In this document: positions 11,412 through 20,165 of the stretch, one piece after another | Layout: each line of letters starts with the position of its first letter | Numbering within the stretch: the stretch's first letter is position 1 | DNA from: a virus | DNA: 64,000 nucleotides | Reading direction: 5' to 3' (one strand) | IMG/VR virus record: IMGVR_UViG_3300018424_005577 | Coordinates: 37,912-101,911 of that record | Position numbers and translations under genes: made by a program | The notes under the pieces: model-generated | Told to the model about the DNA's origin: nothing | Databases searched by the model: none | What the model saw: the letters and a program-made list of their open reading frames with translations, nothing else

Positions 11412-14105
11412 TTAGAATCCTATATTAGCACCGTTTTCTCTTGCTTGTAAAATATTATTAATTCTTTGTTCTTCATTTCTTCTTGCAATTATGCGCTGTG
11501 CCGCGGCTTCGTCGCCTGCGCCAGATTCAACATCAGCGCCGCTGTCGTCTGTGTTAGGATTTGCCGAGCCTGAACCGTTAGCATTTGTACCTCCAGTTCC
11601 TCCTTGACTTCCGCTTTCTGCGTCTGCACCGTTAAAGGTGCCTGCTGGGCTTGAAGGTGTTTCTGCTATAGATGCGCCTCCTGCACCTTCTACTACTACT
11701 TCGTTATTTTGACTTGTTGCATCAGCAGTTACGTCATCTTCTTGGTTTCTGCGTCTAATTGTTTTCATCTCTTGAGTAAATTTTCCGCCGTTAAATTTGT
11801 TTAAAACATAAATTACTTGATATAATCCGCTAAATGCTCCAATTGGTTTTGTACCCAATCCCGGGAAGTCCATAAAGCCATCTGCGCCAATATCTAAGGG
11901 AGTTCTAAAATTAATTAATACATCTACTTCACCGGATTGATAATCCATTGTACCATCAGTTGTAAGATTCATTGCTTCTGCAATTTCTCCTGCACTATAA
12001 TTTCCCATTCCGCTATCTGCAATATAATAAGGGTCTCCCCATATTTCTAAATCTGCACTAATCAAATCAACAGGGGAGTTAACTATTGCATCATTGAATG
12101 CTCTAGCAACTGCGGTCTCAGGATGATTTTGTACTGTTCCGCCTAAGCCTGTGTTAGATCTAGTACTTTGTCCTGTTGACGATGTTCCTGAGCTAGATCT
12201 GTTAGCATTATTTCCTACATTTCTACGATGCAATGGATGATCAGGAGCTTGTGTTAGAGAACTCGATCCAGCAGTTTGCTGGTCTTGTCCTAATTGTCCC
12301 ATATCACTTTGTATTGCTGTAAAGAAGGCGCCATCAACTTGTATGTCAAAGTTTATAATATCGTCGTTGTCTCCAGTATAGATATAATCATACTGTTTTA
12401 ATGCTTGACGTTTTAAATTTGATATACCCGGAGTAGGTGCTGTTGGCGAATTAATTCTTGAAGTATTAATTTTATAAGGAACTACTCTATACACATAAAC
12501 TTTTGGTGTCTTGCCTGTCTGATCAACATTTGCACTATCTGTTACATTGTAAACATCAGTTTCAATTCTAAACCAAGTTTTATTTCCGTTTTCATCAGAT
12601 GCTTCTGTAACAAATTGTCTACCATACTCCGAAAGTAAAACTAATTCTTCAATTATATCTTGTATTCTAGTTCCCTTTTTAAAGTTTATTCTACGGCCTT
12701 CGTCACTAATTTGCATAGGTCCTCTTGTAAATATACCTTCGTTATTTTCATCCCTCACAAATGCAGGCCTGCCAAAATACTGTTGTCCGCTATCGAGATA
12801 ACTTTTTACAATAGAAGAAGTTCCTATAGCATTCATGTTTGACCCTTCTTCTGCAAAATCACGAATACTTTCACCTATAGCACTACGTCTTACCGTAAGT
12901 CCAAGAATACTACTTAATTCTGCATCAAAATCATCAGGTATTTCTCCGCCTTGTATTCCAGATATTGTTTCGAAAATTTCTTGTCTTCTAGCATCGGTAA
13001 ATTGTCTAAATTCAGTTGCAGTAGTTGCACCGCTGTCCTCTACAATTTGTCCTAGTAATCCTTCAGTTTCAGAACTTCTTTGTGTAGGGAAAAGAATAAC
13101 AAACTGGTCAGCAGTAGAAACGCTTCCGGATTCTTCTTGTTCTACTTGTCTACTGTTTAACATTGTTGCTAAACTTTCTGCACCTGTTTGTAAAAACTGA
13201 CCTATTGTTTCACCTTTTATGTCTATATCTTCTTTAATAGTTTGAACAGAATCAGATAGAGCTTGTTCATGCCAGGGTATACCGTCAACTTGATATATAC
13301 TTCCTCCGGCACTTGTATTAAATGTTGCAAGAGCTAATTTCATTGGAAACATTCTTTTTGTTTGCGGAATAGAAATAGGATTGCCATTGTCGTCCCAACC
13401 TACAAATTCAACAGTAAGTAGATAAGGTGCTTCTAAATAATTTTTATGACCAGCTTGTAATGCGCTTATTTGTAATGTTTGTAAAAACATCCCCATCGAA
13501 TAAGGTTCCATTACTTCAAAAGATAAACTAGTTGCATTGGTTTGTTTAGTTTGCGGGGTAGGAGCAATTATTGTGTCAATTTGTACATTGTCAATAAAAT
13601 ATTCTGTAGTAATATTTCTTTCTTTTTCAAAAAGAGTTTTTACTTGATTGTTGCCTGTTCCGCCGCTTTTTAAAATAACAATACTAGGTCCGTTTTTTCT
13701 ATAAGTTGCATCAGGATAATTAATTTCAAAATTAGTTAATGGACCAAATGTGAAAATATAGTTATAACTTGCAAATTGTGCTAATTTGTTTTTTAAAGGT
13801 CCGCCTGTATATCCTATACCTTTAGCACCAGGTTGAACTCCATTGATGCCGCCGCTTCCAACTCTATTTCCGCCTGCACTAGTACTGCCCCTTCCGAAGT
13901 TAAGTAAACCTCCAAACGCATCTGAGATAGCACCTTTGAGCTGATTGGCAGCGCCTTCTACTGCACTGTTTATACCGTCAACAAAAATATTAGGAGAATT
14001 CCTAATACCATTTATATCTGTCTCAATTTGTCTTCCAAAATCTTCTACAGACTGACCTAGCTGTCTAGCTCTTGCTTCTAAGTTTTGGATTCTAAAATCT
14101 GCCAT
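11412..14105 (-). CDS. Baseplate hub protein (gp27/Mu gp44-like)
   Basis: LEIWGDP and FSGLYQV..V...F.GGKFTQ.M...R C-terminal motifs; lies between spike and LysM-like gene. Confidence 0.6.
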   Translation of the reverse strand: MADFRIQNLEARARQLGQSVEDFGRQIETDINGIRNSPNIFVDGINSAVEGAANQLKGAISDAFGGLLNFGRGSTSAGGNRVGSGGINGVQPGAKGIGYTGGPLKNKLAQFASYNYIFTFGPLTNFEINYPDATYRKNGPSIVILKSGGTGNNQVKTLFEKERNITTEYFIDNVQIDTIIAPTPQTKQTNATSLSFEVMEPYSMGMFLQTLQISALQAGHKNYLEAPYLLTVEFVGWDDNGNPISIPQTKRMFPMKLALATFNTSAGGSIYQVDGIPWHEQALSDSVQTIKEDIDIKGETIGQFLQTGAESLATMLNSRQVEQEESGSVSTADQFVILFPTQRSSETEGLLGQIVEDSGATTATEFRQFTDARRQEIFETISGIQGGEIPDDFDAELSSILGLTVRRSAIGESIRDFAEEGSNMNAIGTSSIVKSYLDSGQQYFGRPAFVRDENNEGIFTRGPMQISDEGRRINFKKGTRIQDIIEELVLLSEYGRQFVTEASDENGNKTWFRIETDVYNVTDSANVDQTGKTPKVYVYRVVPYKINTSRINSPTAPTPGISNLKRQALKQYDYIYTGDNDDIINFDIQVDGAFFTAIQSDMGQLGQDQQTAGSSSLTQAPDHPLHRRNVGNNANRSSSGTSSTGQSTRSNTGLGGTVQNHPETAVARAFNDAIVNSPVDLISADLEIWGDPYYIADSGMGNYSAGEIAEAMNLTTDGTMDYQSGEVDVLINFRTPLDIGADGFMDFPGLGTKPIGAFSGLYQVIYVLNKFNGGKFTQEMKTIRRRNQEDDVTADATSQNNEVVVEGAGGASIAETPSSPAGTFNGADAESGSQGGTGGTNANGSGSANPNTDDSGADVESGAGDEAAAQRIIARRNEEQRINNILQARENGANIGF

Positions 14106-14106
14106 G

Positions 14107-14409
14107 TTAGATTCCTAAAGTATTTTTTAAGTTACTTTGTTTTGGCAAATAAATTTCTGTACCTGCAACAAAATCATATACAGGATCTTTTATGATATCC
14201 ATATTTCGCTGTGCAAAGATCCAATATAATTTATGATCACCGTATAGGTCATAGGCAAGTAGATCTGGTCTATAAGTATACTGCGGTTCAATAGTATATA
14301 ATATATCGTCATTCTCAGCCGGTACAGGTCTGATATTCAACGGACCTAAGTATTGTCCGTTGACTACTTTAGTTTTATAATAAGGACTGCTTTCGTTGTA
14401 AATTGCCAT
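14107..14409 (-). CDS. Baseplate wedge protein gp53/LysM-like
   Basis: YRPDLLAYDLYGDHKLYWIFAQRN...G..IYLP motif. Confidence 0.75.
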   Translation of the reverse strand: MAIYNESSPYYKTKVVNGQYLGPLNIRPVPAENDDILYTIEPQYTYRPDLLAYDLYGDHKLYWIFAQRNMDIIKDPVYDFVAGTEIYLPKQSNLKNTLGI

Positions 14410-15218
14410 TATAAATATCCTGTTCCGCTATTTAAAACATATCCGCCTGACACAAATCTATCTAGGCTAAACTTATTAACAGCATCTCTACTGTATGCAG
14501 GTACTAGTGTAACTGCAATAGTTGATCTAGCTGGTGCCCAAGAACCATTTGCACCTATGTCGGCTTTGATATAGTCAACTTCGCCGGTAAGTTCAACGTT
14601 AAAACTTTGTACTATTACTGGAACATTATTAAAAACATAATCACCGTATCCGTTGAGTTTCACAACTGGAGGAGGTGTACCTTTATTAGCACTATCACCG
14701 TAAGCCATTTTAGTAATACTTTTTAAATAATGTGTTGCCGCTATCCAATATAATGCTTCTTTAGAATTTTCAACTGTAAATTCACCTGTAATTGTAAACT
14801 GATCAACTTGGGCCGCCTCGAAAGCATAGAAAGGATAATTACTATGAGTAGGTTGTAAAGCATTATAATTAGCAGAATGAGTTATGTAAACACTAGGTGT
14901 GTATGGAAAAACCATAGCATTGCCAGTTTCAGCTAATGGCGCAAGGAGAACACTATCAGTGAATGGATTAGTAGGAGGCAAACTTAGACGTACACGCCAA
15001 TCGGTACTGTTAGTTGAATTCCAAACAGCATTTGTAAATGAACCATCAGGTTTTTCAGCGCCAGGAAGCAGGTTTACTGCTCTTAGAACTTTTCCTAAAT
15101 TAGTATCGTCGAGATAATCGACAACACCTTGTTTAGCTCTTTCTACTATGCGTGTTCCGAAAGTTTGTTCTTCAGAACCTTGTCTAACATCTCTACCTTG
15201 TGCGGGATTGTTTGCCAT
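14409..15218 (-). CDS. Tail tube initiator / baseplate-tube junction protein (gp48/gp54-like)
   Basis: MVFPYTP, PPPVVKLNGYG..VFNNVPVIV.SF.V motifs; first gene of baseplate operon, with AGGAG RBS. Confidence 0.6.
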   Translation of the reverse strand: MANNPAQGRDVRQGSEEQTFGTRIVERAKQGVVDYLDDTNLGKVLRAVNLLPGAEKPDGSFTNAVWNSTNSTDWRVRLSLPPTNPFTDSVLLAPLAETGNAMVFPYTPSVYITHSANYNALQPTHSNYPFYAFEAAQVDQFTITGEFTVENSKEALYWIAATHYLKSITKMAYGDSANKGTPPPVVKLNGYGDYVFNNVPVIVQSFNVELTGEVDYIKADIGANGSWAPARSTIAVTLVPAYSRDAVNKFSLDRFVSGGYVLNSGTGYL

Positions 15219-15238
15219 AAGTTGTCTCCTATATACAT

Positions 15239-15244
15239 TATTTA
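15239..15244 (-). promoter_or_regulatory. Late promoter (CTAAATA) for the baseplate operon
   Basis: TAAATA upstream of the AGGAG RBS of 14409..15218. Confidence 0.65.
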
Positions 15245-15245
15245 G

Positions 15246-15274
15246 TTGACAAAATTAACTGCATATATTATAAT
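15246..15274 (+). promoter_or_regulatory. Consensus sigma70 promoter for gp55-like gene
   Basis: TTGACA (15246-15251), 17 bp, TATAAT (15269-15274): perfect consensus. Confidence 0.85.
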
Positions 15275-15298
15275 AGTAACATAATTTTAGGAGTTTCG

Positions 15299-16132
15299 AT
15301 GAGAAAAGTTAATTATTTAAACAACAAGGACATTTTAGCGGAGATACACAAATCCAAAAGCTCTTTTTGCAGTTTTGTTGACCCTGAATACCATCAATTT
15401 GACATAATTTTACCAAGTATAGACAAAATCAATATTAGAACCATTGCAGAAGCAAAACGTAACAAAGCAAAAAGGCTTACTGTTGCAGAATTTGATAGAA
15501 GAAAACAAGCAGGAGAAAAAGTCAAGCAATCAGAATGCGAACACGACTATAAAAAAATTACAAAAGAAGAACTAATTTTTCGTATTATGAGTTTTGACCA
15601 TATTCCAGACGAACCTGGTCGCAAGAAAAATCCTAAAACAGTAGCAGACACAAAAGTAAAACTAAACTTTCCTCCATTTCAGCACTACAAATTTAATGAT
15701 GAAGGAGAACTAGTATGTGTTGGTAAAAGTCATTGGGTAGGAGGAATGGAAAATGGAAATTTTGATCTTAGATCAGGAAAAGCAACAGAAAAATTAGCAA
15801 GAATGTGGATGAAGTTGTGTGATAGATATGCGACTAGAGGTAATGTTCGCGGATATACCTACAATGACGAAATGCGAGGACAAGCGATACTACAACTTGC
15901 ACAAATTGGACTACAGTTTGACGAGTCAAAGTCCAACAACCCGTTTGCTTACTACACTGCGGCGGTCACAAACTCATTTGTACGTGTTATCAACATTGAA
16001 AAACGCAATCAAAACATTAGAGACGACATCCTCGAAATGAATGACCTAAATCCTAGTTATACTAGACAACACGCCGGAGAATGGGAAGCCGCAGTTGCAA
16101 GAGAAAAGGCAAAAAGTACTAATAACGGTTGA
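15299..16132 (+). CDS. Late-transcription sigma factor, T4 gp55-like
   Basis: NYLNNKD N-terminus and RGYTYNDEM...FDESKSNNPFAYYT...SF.R.I..EK motif; immediately upstream of gp47/gp46 as in T4-like phages. Confidence 0.85.
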   Translation: MRKVNYLNNKDILAEIHKSKSSFCSFVDPEYHQFDIILPSIDKINIRTIAEAKRNKAKRLTVAEFDRRKQAGEKVKQSECEHDYKKITKEELIFRIMSFDHIPDEPGRKKNPKTVADTKVKLNFPPFQHYKFNDEGELVCVGKSHWVGGMENGNFDLRSGKATEKLARMWMKLCDRYATRGNVRGYTYNDEMRGQAILQLAQIGLQFDESKSNNPFAYYTAAVTNSFVRVINIEKRNQNIRDDILEMNDLNPSYTRQHAGEWEAAVAREKAKSTNNG

Positions 16133-16157
16133 CATTGCTTTAAAAATAGCGTATTAT
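16129..16157 (+). promoter_or_regulatory. sigma70 promoter for gp47-gp46
   Basis: TTGACA (16129-16134, includes the gp55 TGA stop), 17 bp, TATTAT (16152-16157). Confidence 0.7.
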
Positions 16158-16186
16158 ATACTAGATCAATATGGAGAAATTACGTT

Positions 16187-17197
16187 TTGTTTAAAAAAGC
16201 GGCTGTGTTTACCGATATTCACTTCGGTTTAAAAGGAAATAGCAGAGTACACAACGATGATTGTGAAGAATTTGTAGATTGGTTTATAGAACAGGCAAAA
16301 GCTAACGGTTGTGAAACTGCAATCTTCTGTGGAGATTGGCATCATAACAGAAATAGTCTAAATCTAACTACAATGGATGCAACTATTCGAAGTTTAGAAA
16401 AAATAGGTAAATCTTTTGAGAAGTTTTACATGTTTGTAGGCAATCATGACTTGTATTACAAAGACAAGCGTGATGTAAGTTCAACTATATTCGGAAAACA
16501 TATTGATGGTGTTACATTTGTAGATGAAATCTATGAACAAGACGATGTAGCACTTGTTCCGTGGCTTGTCGGCGACGAATGGAAGAAGATTGAAAAAATT
16601 AAAGCCAAATATATGTTTGGACATTTTGAACTGCCGAGTTTCTATATGAATGCTATGGTGCAAATGCCTGATCATGGTGATCTACGTGCTGAGCATTTTA
16701 AAAATCAAGACTATGTTTTTAGCGGGCACTTTCATAAACGTCAAGTACAAGGCAAAATACATTACATTGGTAATGCGTTTCCTCACAACTATGCAGATGC
16801 ATGGGATGACGAACGCGGTATGATGATACTTGATAAAGAAAATGGTAAAGAACCTGAGTACATTAACTGGTGGAACTGTCCTAAGTATCGTACAACTACA
16901 CTAAGCAAACTGTTGGATCCAAATGCAGACATTATAAAACCTAAAATGTATTTGCGTGTTACTATTGATGTTCCTATTAGTTACGAAGAAGCACAGTTTA
17001 TCAAAGAAACATATATTTCTCAATATAATTGTAGAGAAATAACACTAATACCGCAAAAACAAATTGAAGAAATTACAACTGACTTAGATATCTCAGCATT
17101 TGAAAGTGTTGACGAAATTGTATCTAAAGAAATAACTGCAATTGATTCAGAAAACTTTAACAAAAAAATGTTACTAGACATTTACAATGAGTTATAA
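16187..17197 (+). CDS. Recombination endonuclease subunit gp47 (Mre11/SbcD-like metallophosphoesterase)
   Basis: DIH, GD, GNHD, GH and GHFH motifs; TTG start with GGAG RBS. Confidence 0.92.
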   Translation: MFKKAAVFTDIHFGLKGNSRVHNDDCEEFVDWFIEQAKANGCETAIFCGDWHHNRNSLNLTTMDATIRSLEKIGKSFEKFYMFVGNHDLYYKDKRDVSSTIFGKHIDGVTFVDEIYEQDDVALVPWLVGDEWKKIEKIKAKYMFGHFELPSFYMNAMVQMPDHGDLRAEHFKNQDYVFSGHFHKRQVQGKIHYIGNAFPHNYADAWDDERGMMILDKENGKEPEYINWWNCPKYRTTTLSKLLDPNADIIKPKMYLRVTIDVPISYEEAQFIKETYISQYNCREITLIPQKQIEEITTDLDISAFESVDEIVSKEITAIDSENFNKKMLLDIYNEL

Positions 17198-18970
17198 ATG
17201 ATAAAAGTAAAAGATCTTACAGTAAAAAACTTTATGAGTGTGGGTAATCAAACTCAGGCTGTTGATTTCAACAGAGAAAAGTTAACGTTGGTGCTAGGTG
17301 AAAACTTAGATCAGGGAGGTGACGATTCTGGCTCACGAAACGGTACAGGTAAAACTACGATAATCAATGCATTATCCTACGCCTTGTACGGCCAAGCACT
17401 AACAAACATCAAGCGAAACAACCTTATCAATAAAACTAACAGTAAAGGTATGGTTGTTTCGCTTGACTTTGAAAAGGATGGACAAACATATAGAATCGAA
17501 AGAGGCCGTTCACCTACATTCTTAAAGTTTTATGTAAACGATCAAGAGCAAGAAGCTGAAGACGAATCGCAAGGCGACAGTCGTAAAACGCAAGAGTACA
17601 TTAATGACTTGTTAGGTATGAGTCATGACATGTTCAAGCATATTGTTGCACTGAATACATATTCAGAACCATTCCTTGCAATGCGTCAAAATGATCAACG
17701 TGCTATAATTGAACAACTTCTCGGTATTACTATATTATCAGAAAAAGCAGATGCTCTCAAAGAACAAATACGTGTTACTAAAGAAAGTATTACTCAGGAA
17801 ACACTTAAGATAGATGCTATCAATAGTGCAAACGCACACATTGAAGATACTATTAAAAGTCTTAAAACTAAACAAAGTGCATGGAACTCTAAAAAACAAC
17901 AAGATCTTGGAAGATTACAACAAGGATTAGATGAATTAGAGCATCTAGACATTGATGCAGAACTAGATGCACACGAAAAACTGTCTAGTTGGACAGAAAT
18001 GAACAATGCTATTTTGGCTCTTAATAAAGAAAAAAGCACACTAGATGGTGCGTTACTACAAGCTGATAAACGTGTTAAAAAGATTGAAAAAGATGTCTTA
18101 GATCTTGAAGATGCAGTATGTTATACATGCGGACAATCACTTCATGAAGATAAAAAACAAGAAGTCTTATCACAAAAAGCAACCGAATTAGAAGAAGCAA
18201 TAGCTTATCAGACTGATGTTACTAATAAACTAAACGGAGTATTAAAGAATCTCGACGACATTGGTGATATTAACGGTAAACCATCAACGTTTTACGAAAC
18301 TGCTAAAGAAGCATACGATCATCGAAACAATGTGGATAATCTAAAACAAGCAGTTCGGACAAAAGAAGATGAAACAGATCCTTATGACAGTCAAATAAAA
18401 GAATTAACACAAGAAGCAATACAAGAAGTTGACTGGACACCTGTAAATGACCTTACAAATCTTAAAGATCATCAAGAATTCTTATTAAAATTACTTACAA
18501 ACAAAGATAGTTTCATTCGTAAAAAGATTATTGAGCAAAATCTAGCATATCTAAACAACCGACTAACATATTATCTTGATAAACTAGGGTTGCCTCATCA
18601 AGTTCTTTTCCAAAACGATCTAAATGTTGAGATTACCCAACTAGGACAGGACTTAGACTTTGATAATTTGTCAAGAGGTGAGCGTAACAGACTTATTTTA
18701 GGTTTAAGTTTTGCATTCCGTGATGTTTGGGAAAGTTTATATCAAAATATTAATTTGTTATTCATTGACGAGTTGATTGATAGCGGTATGGACACAGCAG
18801 GTGTTGAAGGATCTCTTGCTGTTCTCAAAAAAATTGCACGTGAACGTGATAAAAATATTTTCTTAATCAGTCACAAAGATGAACTAGTCGGTCGTGTAAA
18901 CACGATATTAAAAGTTGTAAAAGAAAATGGATTTACAAGTTATGAAAACGATTTGGACGTAGTAGAATGA
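17198..18970 (+). CDS. Recombination ATPase subunit gp46 (Rad50/SbcC-like)
   Basis: KNFMSVGN, Walker A NGTGKTT, zinc hook CYTC, signature LSRGE, Walker B LLFIDE, ISH. Confidence 0.95.
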   Translation: MIKVKDLTVKNFMSVGNQTQAVDFNREKLTLVLGENLDQGGDDSGSRNGTGKTTIINALSYALYGQALTNIKRNNLINKTNSKGMVVSLDFEKDGQTYRIERGRSPTFLKFYVNDQEQEAEDESQGDSRKTQEYINDLLGMSHDMFKHIVALNTYSEPFLAMRQNDQRAIIEQLLGITILSEKADALKEQIRVTKESITQETLKIDAINSANAHIEDTIKSLKTKQSAWNSKKQQDLGRLQQGLDELEHLDIDAELDAHEKLSSWTEMNNAILALNKEKSTLDGALLQADKRVKKIEKDVLDLEDAVCYTCGQSLHEDKKQEVLSQKATELEEAIAYQTDVTNKLNGVLKNLDDIGDINGKPSTFYETAKEAYDHRNNVDNLKQAVRTKEDETDPYDSQIKELTQEAIQEVDWTPVNDLTNLKDHQEFLLKLLTNKDSFIRKKIIEQNLAYLNNRLTYYLDKLGLPHQVLFQNDLNVEITQLGQDLDFDNLSRGERNRLILGLSFAFRDVWESLYQNINLLFIDELIDSGMDTAGVEGSLAVLKKIARERDKNIFLISHKDELVGRVNTILKVVKENGFTSYENDLDVVE

Positions 18971-18994
18971 GTTAATGTGTTATATTAGGTTACC

Positions 18995-19204
18995 ATGAGT
19001 GAAATAAAAGACGATATACATGACCAACTAACAAAGGCATACATGGAATATTTTAAGGCAAACGAAAAGTTTGAGTCTAGAAATTCTGTGAGAACACATC
19101 GTGAAGCACGGAAATGGTTGCGAATTATTAGAAGTTTAGCAAAACAACGCATGGAAGAAATACATTCAAAACACACAACCAAAAAAGAAGGCAACAAAGA
19201 ATAG
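18995..19204 (+). CDS. Small helical hypothetical protein (69 aa)
   Basis: Fills the gap between gp46 and the GIY-YIG gene; preceded by extended -10 TGtTATATT at 18978-18986. Confidence 0.7.
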   Translation: MSEIKDDIHDQLTKAYMEYFKANEKFESRNSVRTHREARKWLRIIRSLAKQRMEEIHSKHTTKKEGNKE

Positions 19205-19222
19205 GCACAGGTAAGTAAGTTC

Positions 19223-19672
19223 ATGCAGTGGACTTACAAAGGCAAAGTAATAGACAAAATACCAGACGAGTATGAAGGCTTTGTATATCTCATAACCAAT
19301 CTTAAAACTGGGCAAAAGTACGTAGGCAAGAAACTAGCAAAGTTCAAAACAACAAAACCTCCGCTAAAAGGCAAAAAGAACAAACGCAGAGGCTACAAAG
19401 AATCAGACTGGCGTGACTATTGGGGAAGTTCTGATAGATTAAACGCAGATGTAGCAAAGCTAGGCGAAAAAAACTTCACTAGAGAAATACTATACCTATG
19501 TAAAGGCAGGGGCGAAATGTCCTATATTGAGGCAAGAGAGCAATTTGACCGCCGTGTATTAGAGACGGATGAGTATTATAATGGAATTATTAATGTTAGA
19601 GTTGGCGGTTCCGATAAATTGCGCAAGGCTTTGCTAGAACACACCATCAAGGCAAAACAATCCAACACATAA
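19223..19672 (+). CDS. Stand-alone GIY-YIG family nuclease-like protein (149 aa)
   Basis: GFVY..TN...G.KYVGKK, YWGSS, NFTREIL, candidate catalytic E (YIEARE) and YYN; no C-terminal DNA-binding module. Confidence 0.8.
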   Translation: MQWTYKGKVIDKIPDEYEGFVYLITNLKTGQKYVGKKLAKFKTTKPPLKGKKNKRRGYKESDWRDYWGSSDRLNADVAKLGEKNFTREILYLCKGRGEMSYIEAREQFDRRVLETDEYYNGIINVRVGGSDKLRKALLEHTIKAKQSNT

Positions 19673-20010
19673 GGTTAGCGGGCCAGTTTAGAAATACCGC
19701 TGTGGAAAAAGCACTCGTATAGAGGCACACGTAACACGTTGAGCGGCGTTCGGTAGTAGAGCGTTTGATTGACGTAGATGGAATGTTGGCTGTCGAAAAA
19801 CTGCAAAGTACATAAAAACCGTATGCACAGGAACGAAGCAACGGGTAGCGCAAGCGATGTCGACGTAGGTTGGGAAAGGTCAGAGCCCATTGTACAGCAG
19901 AAAATACCTACTTCCAAGTCTCGGCTGTGACGAACTCACATGAAGCGAATTTTGAGACAGGCTGGAACCGTAACAGGTTCCGTCTGACTGAAACAATCTA
20001 CATGAAACTT
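19673..20010 (+). ncRNA. Putative large structured ncRNA (~340 nt), family not recognised
   Basis: GC-enriched gap without a credible ORF; hand-found stems with G.U pairs (19736-19775; 19784-90/19859-65; 19865-70/19906-11; 19918-24/19952-58; 19964-81), long-range 19774-79/19996-20001, possible pseudoknot 19879-84/19983-88. Confidence 0.65.
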
Positions 20011-20012
20011 AG

Positions 20013-20038
20013 ACGCTTTACTTCGTAAAGCGTTTTTT
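20013..20038 (+). terminator. Intrinsic terminator-like hairpin ending the GIY-YIG/ncRNA transcript
   Basis: ACGCTTTAC-TTC-GTAAAGCGT followed by a T run. Confidence 0.7.
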
Positions 20039-20098
20039 CATATATAATCACTTCTATCATACAAAACGAAGTGTATAGTTTGAGCGATAGCGAAAACA

Positions 20099-20119
20099 AA
20101 TATCTACGAAGTAGATATT
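20099..20119. repeat. Perfect inverted repeat with GAA triloop
   Basis: AATATCTAC-GAA-GTAGATATT. Confidence 0.8.
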
Positions 20120-20165
20120 CAAAAAGATAACTAAATACATTATAAGTTAGGAAAAGATTAAGCCG

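Noticed and set aside
19673-20010. Group I intron (GIY-YIG neighbour; UCAGAGCCCA resembles the R element)
   Set aside because: No downstream S element/P7 partner and no interrupted gene; RNase P, tmRNA and group II domain V signatures also not found
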